Shown: positions 6,665-13,537 of the stretch, one piece after another | Layout of the letters: every line of letters starts with the position of its first letter | How positions within the stretch are numbered: the stretch's first letter is position 1 | From: Candidatus Micrarchaeaceae archaeon | GTDB lineage: Archaea > Micrarchaeota > Micrarchaeia > Micrarchaeales > CABMGC01 | Direction of reading: 5' to 3' | Length of the DNA: 13,537 nt | Assembly: GCA_038873795.1 (NCBI GenBank) | Contig: JAVZDR010000015.1 | Location: 1 to 13,537 of the forward strand | Position numbers and translations under genes: made by a program | The notes under the pieces: generated by a model | Told to the model about the DNA's origin: nothing | Databases searched by the model: none | What the model saw: only the letters and a program-made list of their open reading frames with translations

Positions 6665-9271
6665 TCAGCCGAGGCCGAGGACCTGCTGCTCACTGCCAGC
6701 AATTGTTATTGTGGAGAGGCCGGGAAGATTGTATTGCGGAGAAATGCGCCGGTAAAAAACATTTGTAGCAGTGCCGTTGTTTCCAAAGCCAGAATAATCG
6801 TTTGCATTGCCGTTGAGCGGCCACCAGCCAACAAGGCCAGCATTTGCAAGAGGCGCGCCCGCAATGCCTTCTTGGTAGAGCGCTTGAATCTGGCTTGCTG
6901 AGAGGGGGGCGTTGTAGAGTTGGATGTTCGACATGCTTCCTGAAAAGTATCTATTCGAAAATCCACTCTGCCACCCAAATATCCAATATGTGTATGAAGA
7001 TGAGGCAGCAGATGTAGACAGCGGGATGGTCTGCACTTTACTGTTTAAGTACACAGTAAGTGTGTTTGTGGTAAGGGAGAAGCCCACCAAGCTCCATTGG
7101 TTTAGTGGAGCGACAAGAGTGCTTGTGATTGTAGTTGCGCTGTTCCATATAGTTACATTACCCGTTGTGGAGAGTGCTAATTGATACGAGCCAACATCTG
7201 GTGAACTACCATCGAACTCGCTTAGAACTTGGAAGTTGCTGCTGCCATAGCTTGTAGGGTATATCCATTCCACGTCTGTGAGTGGGAAAGCGTAGACGCC
7301 TTGGCCATAAATGTAGCTGCTCTGCCCGTTGAAGTTTGCTGCTTCCTCAAATTTATTTTGCAGCTCAAGAGGCATAGCTCCTATATAAAGCTTTGATAGG
7401 GAGGCGTTGTTGCACTGTGCGACAGTGTCACACGACATTATCCCAGGAATTGGCTGAAGTGTAGTTGGAATAGGTGTAATGAATATGCTGTCGCGCTGGT
7501 AGTTCTGCAGAAGCGAATATCTGACATTTGTAGCAGTGCCGTTGTTTCCAAAGCCAGAGTAATCGTTTGCATTGCCATTGAGCGGCCACCAGCCAACAAG
7601 GCCAGCATTTGCAATTGGCGGCGCAGAGATGCCATTCTGGTAAAGTTGCTGGATCTGCTGCGGCTGCAAGCTTTTGTTATATACCTGCACATTTGCTAAT
7701 TGGCCAACAAATGGATATGCATAATCCCCAAGCACTATGCTATTGACTGACTGTATATTGCTGCTTACCGTACCGCTTCCAACATTTACGCCATTTAGAT
7801 AAAATACCCAGTTTGTACTTGTTCCCGAATTTTGTGCTGTAAGTGCGACAAAGTACCATTTATTATATGATACTGTTGCTGATAGCGAAACATCGTTGTG
7901 AGAGCCTGGGTCAAAAAATATGGTATTGGCAGAGTTGAACCCTATACGCCAATTGGCCTCTGGGTTGCTGTCTATAGGAAACTGATAGTTGTTTTCAAAT
8001 GTGCTTGAGTAGAACCAGCCAGTTATCGTAAGCGCATTTGGGGCAGAATAGCCCTTTTGAGAAATAATTTCACTGCTTCCCACACTCCCGCTAAATCCAG
8101 AAGCCATTCTATTGTAGTTTGTAAATGTGAAGATACCATTCCTCGATTGCCTGAGCAGGCTTGCGTTTGCCCTGTCGATATATGAAGGCGTGAATGGCGA
8201 AGCGAAGAAGTAGCCATTTGATATGGCATTCCTAAGGCTCTCTATGTTTAGCAGGTCCATTCCAGGGCCGTAGAGCAGCACCTTTGTGTAGTTCTTCAGC
8301 TGCTGCAGAACATTTGTGCTGCTTGAGTAAATCAGGAATGGAACCTTCGGCGGACTTGAGAGGCTGTTTATGGCATATGTTACCAAGCCCCCATAGTTGT
8401 TTGCAGCAGTGCATGTGGCGTTTGTTATATATGCTGCATTTGGCGTTGCGAGTATTATGCTCTTGTTCAGAGGTGCACTTCTGAATGCCGTTGGCACATT
8501 TGATGCCAGGCTTGTGCACGTAACACCGCTTGGCACATTAAGCACAATGCCATAGATATACGACGGGTTTACGCTTGTCAAGGTTTGGTTGCCGTTTGTT
8601 GCATAGGCGTTGCCTATTATGCTTGTTAGATTGTTTACTGGTGAGAATTTTATGCTGCGCAGTATGCCTTCCTGGGCATAAAGCAGGTCATATGTGCCGT
8701 TTAATGGTATGCTCACATTGACTGGTATTGAATATGCATAGAGCCCAGCAGAAGAATTTATGAAAACATTTTCAACATACCTGACTGAAATCGAATACGG
8801 CGAACTCTGGAATATCACAGGTCTTGTCTGGTTTATCTTCAATGCCACGCCAGTGCCTATGCTGTTCATTATGCTTCTGTTGTATGCCGCAAATGTCTCA
8901 TTGCCCATGTAGCCAAGAAGCACGTTTGCGGCGTAACTGCCCTGCTGCACGTTTGGCAGCGTGCCGTTTATGATAAGCTGTGATATGTACATGCTCAGGT
9001 TTGTTATGAAGTTGGCATGCCTGAGTTGCGGCGTATACTCATACATTGCCAGCGCATAAAGTGCATGGCTTAGGCTCCTGGAAGCAAATGCTGATGAGCT
9101 TGCCTTCAGTTCGGCGGCATAGTTTGCCGAGCTTGAGGAAAGGACTGCACCCTGGCCTATGTTGTTGTACCCGACATTTATTGCCACAAAAATCATGAGC
9201 TCCGCAAGCATGAGCACGAAGAGTATCAAAACAAGCAATGTCATGAGTTGGGCCCTGAATTTTATCTCCAT
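6665..9271 (-). CDS. Class III signal peptide (pilin-like) surface protein with two LamG-like (concanavalin A/pentraxin-fold) domains
   Basis: N-terminus MEIKFRA|QLMTLLVLILFVLML matches [KR][GA]|Q plus a hydrophobic helix. LamG-like domains at ~8107-7524 (WYFVALT, FYLNG, FVGQLANVQVYN, LY) and ~7348-6759 (FNGQSSYI, WSLVG, FSGSMSNIQLYN). Many N-X-S/T sequons. Confidence 0.85.
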   Translation of the reverse strand: MEIKFRAQLMTLLVLILFVLMLAELMIFVAINVGYNNIGQGAVLSSSSANYAAELKASSSAFASRSLSHALYALAMYEYTPQLRHANFITNLSMYISQLIINGTLPNVQQGSYAANVLLGYMGNETFAAYNRSIMNSIGTGVALKINQTRPVIFQSSPYSISVRYVENVFINSSAGLYAYSIPVNVSIPLNGTYDLLYAQEGILRSIKFSPVNNLTSIIGNAYATNGNQTLTSVNPSYIYGIVLNVPSGVTCTSLASNVPTAFRSAPLNKSIILATPNAAYITNATCTAANNYGGLVTYAINSLSSPPKVPFLIYSSSTNVLQQLKNYTKVLLYGPGMDLLNIESLRNAISNGYFFASPFTPSYIDRANASLLRQSRNGIFTFTNYNRMASGFSGSVGSSEIISQKGYSAPNALTITGWFYSSTFENNYQFPIDSNPEANWRIGFNSANTIFFDPGSHNDVSLSATVSYNKWYFVALTAQNSGTSTNWVFYLNGVNVGSGTVSSNIQSVNSIVLGDYAYPFVGQLANVQVYNKSLQPQQIQQLYQNGISAPPIANAGLVGWWPLNGNANDYSGFGNNGTATNVRYSLLQNYQRDSIFITPIPTTLQPIPGIMSCDTVAQCNNASLSKLYIGAMPLELQNKFEEAANFNGQSSYIYGQGVYAFPLTDVEWIYPTSYGSSNFQVLSEFDGSSPDVGSYQLALSTTGNVTIWNSATTITSTLVAPLNQWSLVGFSLTTNTLTVYLNSKVQTIPLSTSAASSSYTYWIFGWQSGFSNRYFSGSMSNIQLYNAPLSASQIQALYQEGIAGAPLANAGLVGWWPLNGNANDYSGFGNNGTATNVFYRRISPQYNLPGLSTITIAGSEQQVLGLG
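6759..6849 (-). repeat. LamG-border cassette, copy A
   Basis: 91 bp. By hand alignment, 2 mismatches vs copy B (7524-7614) and 6 vs copy C (12598-12688). Encodes ANAGLVGWWPLNGNANDYSGFGNNGTATNV. Confidence 0.95.
7524..7657 (-). repeat. LamG-border cassette, copy B
   Basis: 7524-7614 matches copy A at 89/91. 7534-7657 matches copy D (13262-13385) at 116/124, including a perfect 50-bp run (7596-7645 = 13324-13373). Confidence 0.95.
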
Positions 9272-11415
9272 GTGTATACGCCTACGTTGTACATTCTTGA
9301 AAAGCCGCTCGCATTCTCAAGCGGCATGCTCACAGAGCTTTTGCTTATCTCAAACGCATTTGAAAGCGTAATGGGCATATAGCCGCTCGGCAGATACGAA
9401 ATGCTCACATCATACCCTGTGTTGACAACTTGCTTGGCGCTGTAGTCATTGGCATTGCCCTCAAGCGGATACCATGCCACAAGGTTCTGCGTATCAATAG
9501 GACCTCCGCCTACACCCTGCAGGTAGAGCTGCTCGACCTGCTGCGCTGAAAGCCCTGTATTGTAGATCTGCAAGTCGGCAATGCTTCCCGCAAAATATCC
9601 TGCAATTGGCGACCAGCCAACGGTTATATTGCCAGGAGTTCTTGTTGTAAGTATCTTCTTCTGCATTGATATCAGTGAACCGTTTACGTATATGTACATG
9701 GATTCTGTGGTTATGCTATATTCTACAACTACAAACTGCCAGTTGCCTACGCTTGCCTTTGCATAGACTGTGCCATGAGCAGCCGAGCCGTTGATGCTGA
9801 ATTGGTAGCGGTCTGACGTGGCATTTACCTGCTCTTCAAGGTACGGCGCGCCTGCAGCATTTGTATTCTCGCCTATTATCATGGCGTTTGCATTCCACGT
9901 GCTTGGCTTGATCCAAAATGCCCAAGTATATGAATTTGACATCAGCGTTGCATTGCCAAGGAGGTTGATGTAGCTGCTTGCGCCATTGAATGATGCTGCC
10001 TTCATTCCTGGTGCGTATGTGCTATTTATCAATATACTGTAGTTTGCCATCGGCCTCATGTAGTCAGCAAGTGAGGTTGCGCAGCCCCCATCGCCATTAA
10101 TATACAGCTGCGCTGCAGCATGCAGTATGTTGTCGTTTGCATTTGCATTGCATGAACCATAGGCAAGGACCTTGTTGTTTGCAATGGCGTAAAGCCTGCC
10201 ATAGGCAAGTGCGATCTGCGGCATCAAAGCACCATTGCCACCTATAAACTGCTTTGGGATGCTTGTGTGCCACACTATGCTGCCAGTGCTCGTGTTTTGC
10301 GCAACTATAGTATTGTTGGACCAGAGCGTATAGAGGAAGCCGTTAGAAAGCACGGGCTCTGCCGCGGGATAAGCATAGCCGAAGCTGCTCGGCATTACAG
10401 AGCTCCATATGCCCGCGCCGTTTTGGGTTAGCATGCCATCGCCGTTGCGCAGCTGGTACGCAACCGCGCCGCCATAGGCTGTTGTGCCGTTGACAATCTG
10501 GCCAGTGCTGTAAGAGAAGGCCTGCGAGCCGTCAGTATATGTGGCATTTGCATATGTGCCAACCCCATACATGAAGGCATTGCCTATGCTTGTAAGCGGC
10601 GTCGTAGATGTTGGGAATGATTTGCTCCAAGCAACGACCATGCTATTGGAAGTGCCGCTTATCAGGGCCACCATGTTTGATGTTGTCCTTACAGCAATCG
10701 AGCCGCCAACAGCGACTATAGATGCTGGAGGAGCCCCTACGGATATGCTCCATGCAACAGTTCCATTGTTTGCATAAACAGCATAAAGGTTGTTGTTGAT
10801 CGCACCAAGGAGGAGCTTGCCCGCATAGACCTGTATAGGCGCGGAGAGCGCCACACCTGAGAGCGTGTTGGTGGACCACACCTGCGCACCATTTTGTGCA
10901 TTTACCCCAACTATATAAGAGGTGTTTGAATAGAAGAGCATGCCATCATACAGAGCCAGCGACCCGCTAACGCTTGTTTGCGTGTTTTTGGCCCATGCCA
11001 ATGATCCTGTAGTGGCATTGACAGCATAAATTACATTAGAGCTTGCAAAGAAGATCTTTCCATAATCTGCAACCACGGGCGTTGTAATGGGTGAATTTGC
11101 CGTGAATATTACATAAAGAAACGGAGCAATGGGCCCATAAGGATTGCCAGCATTGCAATATGCATCCTTAGCCTGCATAGGCCATGTCTCGTTGGCTCCA
11201 TAAGTCTGCTGAACTATAGAGCGCGCAAGCAGATTCGATGAGGCTATGCCGCTTATCGTTGTCGAGCTGAGTTCATGCATTATTGATGCAGCCTCAGAAT
11301 AGTGGAGCGTATATGGGGTTGGCGTGATATAGCTAACATAGAGAAGTATTGAGATGCTTATCGAAGCTATGATCAGCGCAAAGACCGCATCAAGAGTGAA
11401 TATTATCGCTTTCAT
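9262..11415 (-). CDS. Class III signal peptide (pilin-like) surface protein with a PQQ-like beta-propeller and one LamG-like domain
   Basis: N-terminus MKA|IIFTLDAVFALII. WPM lead-in and propeller blades YAVNATTGSLAW, GVNAQNGAQVW, YAVYANNGTVAW, AQNTSTGSIVW (~11184-10157). LamG-like domain at ~10005-9440 (ASFNGASSYI, FWIKP, WQFVVV, IYVNG, FAGSIADLQIYN). Overlaps the downstream gene by 10 bp. Confidence 0.87.
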   Translation of the reverse strand: MKAIIFTLDAVFALIIASISISILLYVSYITPTPYTLHYSEAASIMHELSSTTISGIASSNLLARSIVQQTYGANETWPMQAKDAYCNAGNPYGPIAPFLYVIFTANSPITTPVVADYGKIFFASSNVIYAVNATTGSLAWAKNTQTSVSGSLALYDGMLFYSNTSYIVGVNAQNGAQVWSTNTLSGVALSAPIQVYAGKLLLGAINNNLYAVYANNGTVAWSISVGAPPASIVAVGGSIAVRTTSNMVALISGTSNSMVVAWSKSFPTSTTPLTSIGNAFMYGVGTYANATYTDGSQAFSYSTGQIVNGTTAYGGAVAYQLRNGDGMLTQNGAGIWSSVMPSSFGYAYPAAEPVLSNGFLYTLWSNNTIVAQNTSTGSIVWHTSIPKQFIGGNGALMPQIALAYGRLYAIANNKVLAYGSCNANANDNILHAAAQLYINGDGGCATSLADYMRPMANYSILINSTYAPGMKAASFNGASSYINLLGNATLMSNSYTWAFWIKPSTWNANAMIIGENTNAAGAPYLEEQVNATSDRYQFSINGSAAHGTVYAKASVGNWQFVVVEYSITTESMYIYVNGSLISMQKKILTTRTPGNITVGWSPIAGYFAGSIADLQIYNTGLSAQQVEQLYLQGVGGGPIDTQNLVAWYPLEGNANDYSAKQVVNTGYDVSISYLPSGYMPITLSNAFEISKSSVSMPLENASGFSRMYNVGVYTWR
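9442..9540 (-). repeat. Diverged fifth copy of the LamG-border cassette
   Basis: Encodes QVEQLYLQGVGGGPIDTQNLVAWYPLEGNANDY. Homology is clear at the protein level, with only patchy DNA identity (e.g. tcattggcattgcc shared with copy C). Confidence 0.75.
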
Positions 11416-11946
11416 CTAACCAATCCCAAAGCTAGTGTTGGTCCACACCTCTGCTGTCATGGTGCCTGGGATGCCATTCATCACTATCGGAATCTGCGCT
11501 ACCTGTATTGATTTTGCATTATAGGAAGCAGGGTTGTGCCCAATGTAGAGCGTTAGGCCGTTCCAGTTTATGCTTATGTAGTAGTCGAAGCCTATACCAA
11601 TAACCTGCTTTGTTGCCTGGTAGTTGTAGTTGGACATTGCCATAAGCGTCATGACCTTCTGCAATGATATTGCATTGCCTTGGCCGCTGCCTAGGCCAGC
11701 AGTTATGTTGCCCCACGTGCTTGTCTGGTTTGCAACTACAAGGTTGTTCCAGTTGGCAGGATTGCCCTGTGAGAGTATGGTGCTCTTCAGGACGAGCAGC
11801 TGCATCTGTATATTCTGTATGCCATAGCCTTCTGAGAGGGAGAGCTGGCTGTTGACACTGTACCAAACATAAGTAAGTATGACTATTACCAATGCAAATA
11901 TGACCATTGCAAATATCGCGTCAAACGACCAAAACTGCATTTTCAT
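11416..11946 (-). CDS. Small pilin-like protein with a class III-type signal peptide (minor pilin candidate)
   Basis: ATG 11946 overlaps the upstream stop (ATGA, 11946-11943) and is preferred over TTG 11955. MKM|QFWSFDAIFAMVIFALVIVILTYVW hydrophobic helix, LSQGNPANW motif and terminal 'EVW' strand. Its stop directly abuts the next ATG. Confidence 0.8.
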   Translation of the reverse strand: MKMQFWSFDAIFAMVIFALVIVILTYVWYSVNSQLSLSEGYGIQNIQMQLLVLKSTILSQGNPANWNNLVVANQTSTWGNITAGLGSGQGNAISLQKVMTLMAMSNYNYQATKQVIGIGFDYYISINWNGLTLYIGHNPASYNAKSIQVAQIPIVMNGIPGTMTAEVWTNTSFGIG

Positions 11947-13537
11947 GGATACCAACTCATCGGGATGATACTTGAAGCAAAGTTGTGTAAACCTTCTTCA
12001 TAAATTGTGCGCGCCTCACTAGCGTTGATAGCTGTATTATAGATCTGTACGTCTGCTATAGATGCATTTGCCAGTTCCAAACCCCCAGGTGGATTGCCGC
12101 CGATTCCGACAGCAGGGTAAAGGACAGGTACTTCTGGTACTGTCAGAGTGCATGAAGTAACATTTACACCATTTAAATAAATCACAACGCTGTCATATGC
12201 GTTTACAGAAACTATAGCATTATACCAAACGTTTGGTTTGATTAATCCTGCTGGGGTCGTGCAGAACTGCCAATTTTGAGGCCAATCTTCAGCTACAGAA
12301 AATATACCCGAAGAACCACCGGCCCACGTACCAGCAAAGTCATGATTCTGGTTTCCGCCAATCCCTCCATTTGAGCTTGCATTATATATGTCAACTATAG
12401 GACTAGCACCGCCGAGCACGCTACTAGATGGAGATATGGCAGAATTCAATTTAAACCACTGGCTGATAGTATATGAAAATGGAATACTAACTGATTTTGT
12501 TGCATATACTGCAGTGTTCTGTCCATTGAAGCTCAGCCCATAGGTGCCTGCCGAATTTAATGGATTATATGTTCTGCTCACTACACCGACGTAGCCTACA
12601 TTTGTAGCAGTGCCGTTGTTGCCATTGCCAGAATAATCATTGGCATTGCCGTTGAGCGGCCACCAGCCGACAAGGCCAGCATTTGCAATTGGCGTGCCAC
12701 TTATTCCCCCTGCATATAAAGTTTGTACTGCGCTTGGTGGGAGGGCAGTGCTGTAGATCTGGAAGTTTGCAATGCTTCCATTAAACATCGAAATCCCCCC
12801 TGCTGACTGTGCTAAAGAGATGCTGTTTATATTGTATGGCCCAGCTACACCGCTTACATTGTATGGGCCTGCACCGTTTGCATAAAAGCTTATCTTACCA
12901 TTGTTAACAGAAATGCCTATGAAGTTGAATGTGTTGGCATTGATTCCAAAGCCGTGATAATAATTACTGCCTATTCCAAGTTCTTCGTCGCCACTTCCTG
13001 GTGAGGCACCAACGCCACCTCCATTATTGAGCCAGACCTCTAATGTGTTTGTACCAATAGAGTTCATAACAGTATAGCCATTGGCGCTTGTTATCTTCAA
13101 TTGGTTCGCTGGATTAGCCCAGAAAACAATGCTGAACGAACTGGAATTTAGGCTTATGGGGGCTGTAATTACGCTGTTCTGACCGTTGAAGCTTGCTGCA
13201 AGCGAGCTAGTATAATTTGATGCTGCTAGATTCTGCACAGCAAAAGATGCAGCACCATACACAGTGCCATTGTTGCCATTGCCAGAGTAGTCGTTTGCAT
13301 TGCCGTTGAGCGGCCACCAGCCGACAAGGCCAGCATTTGCAATTGGCGGCGCAGAGATGCCATTCTGGTAAAGCTGCTGGATCTGATTTGCGGATAGCGC
13401 TGTTGCATAAATCTGTGCATTGGCCATTTCTCCCTTGGCCACATTTGCCGATGCATTGTACCACATTTTAGGATAGTCATTGCAGCTAGATACGCTTCCT
13501 GAGCTGTCAATTCCTACAGCCACGCCATTAACATAAA
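11943..13537 (-). CDS. Multi-LamG-domain surface protein (5' partial; at least three LamG-like domains)
   Basis: The frame is open to the window edge (…YVNGVAVG…), so the track start at 13523 is internal. Domains: partial 13537-13262; ~13203-12598 (ASFNGQNSVI, FWANP, FYANG, FNGSIANFQIYS); ~12540-11990 (LSFNGQN, QWFK, WYNAIV, IYLNG, SIADVQIYN). Confidence 0.85.
   Translation of the reverse strand, partial: YVNGVAVGIDSSGSVSSCNDYPKMWYNASANVAKGEMANAQIYATALSANQIQQLYQNGISAPPIANAGLVGWWPLNGNANDYSGNGNNGTVYGAASFAVQNLAASNYTSSLAASFNGQNSVITAPISLNSSSFSIVFWANPANQLKITSANGYTVMNSIGTNTLEVWLNNGGGVGASPGSGDEELGIGSNYYHGFGINANTFNFIGISVNNGKISFYANGAGPYNVSGVAGPYNINSISLAQSAGGISMFNGSIANFQIYSTALPPSAVQTLYAGGISGTPIANAGLVGWWPLNGNANDYSGNGNNGTATNVGYVGVVSRTYNPLNSAGTYGLSFNGQNTAVYATKSVSIPFSYTISQWFKLNSAISPSSSVLGGASPIVDIYNASSNGGIGGNQNHDFAGTWAGGSSGIFSVAEDWPQNWQFCTTPAGLIKPNVWYNAIVSVNAYDSVVIYLNGVNVTSCTLTVPEVPVLYPAVGIGGNPPGGLELANASIADVQIYNTAINASEARTIYEEGLHNFASSIIPMSWYP
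12598..12694 (-). repeat. LamG-border cassette, copy C
   Basis: 12598-12688 matches copy A at 85/91. Encodes PIANAGLVGWWPLNGNANDYSGNGNNGTATNV. Confidence 0.95.
13262..13385 (-). repeat. LamG-border cassette, copy D
   Basis: 116/124 identical to 7534-7657. Encodes QIQQLYQNGISAPPIANAGLVGWWPLNGNANDYSGNGNNGT. Confidence 0.95.

Noticed and set aside
7680..8110. Low GC of LamG cores as evidence of foreign origin
   Set aside because: Sampled 60-bp lines give 22-24 GC in 7741-7920, but the scaffold of the same gene (8701-8820) gives 22-23 as well. Amino-acid composition can explain it. A proper GC3/codon analysis would be needed.
10157..11184. PQQ-dependent dehydrogenase or BamB
   Set aside because: Only the generic propeller repeat is evident. 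It is embedded in a pilin-like protein in an archaeon, so a structural or adhesive role is more plausible.
6759..13385. Diversity-generating retroelement (TR/VR pair) explanation for the repeats
   Set aside because: No reverse transcriptase in the window. All copies are inside coding regions. Mismatches are mostly synonymous third-position changes (TAT/TAC, AAC/AAT, GTT/GTC), not adenine-specific. Only the AAT/TTT codon would fit.
6759..13385. CRISPR array or IS terminal repeats
   Set aside because: The repeats are ~90-125 bp, in frame, direct and hundreds to thousands of bp apart. There are no spacers, cas genes or transposase.
136..13523. ORF-track starts at 136, 1280, 11955 and 13523
   Set aside because: 136 and 13523 are internal codons of frames open to the window edges. 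1298 and 11946 are better ATG starts on promoter spacing and ATGA coupling respectively.

Overview
Archaeal DNA, probably a DPANN lineage such as Micrarchaeota. This is inferred from gene content, GGTG Shine-Dalgarno motifs, frequent ATA/AGG codons and tightly packed genes. The + strand carries two tandem RCK/TrkA-N channel-like genes with degenerate signature motifs (the first is cut by the window start). These are followed by a five-gene type IV pilus/Tad-like assembly operon: a winged-helix + long coiled-coil protein, a VirB11/TadA-family ATPase, a small helical hypothetical protein and two TadC/T2SSF membrane proteins. Converging on it, with only 10 bp between stop codons, is a - strand operon of four probable surface proteins (the most upstream is cut by the window end). 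The three complete ones have class III (prepilin-like) N-termini. Three of the four carry LamG-like domains and one also has a PQQ-like beta-propeller. The most striking signal is a ~91-124 bp coding cassette (…NAGLVGWWPLNGNANDYSG[F/N]GNNGT…) present four times at ~93-98% DNA identity in a mosaic pattern across two genes, bordering highly divergent LamG cores. This suggests recombinational shuffling or gene conversion of adhesin modules. No RNA genes, CRISPR arrays or mobile elements were seen.
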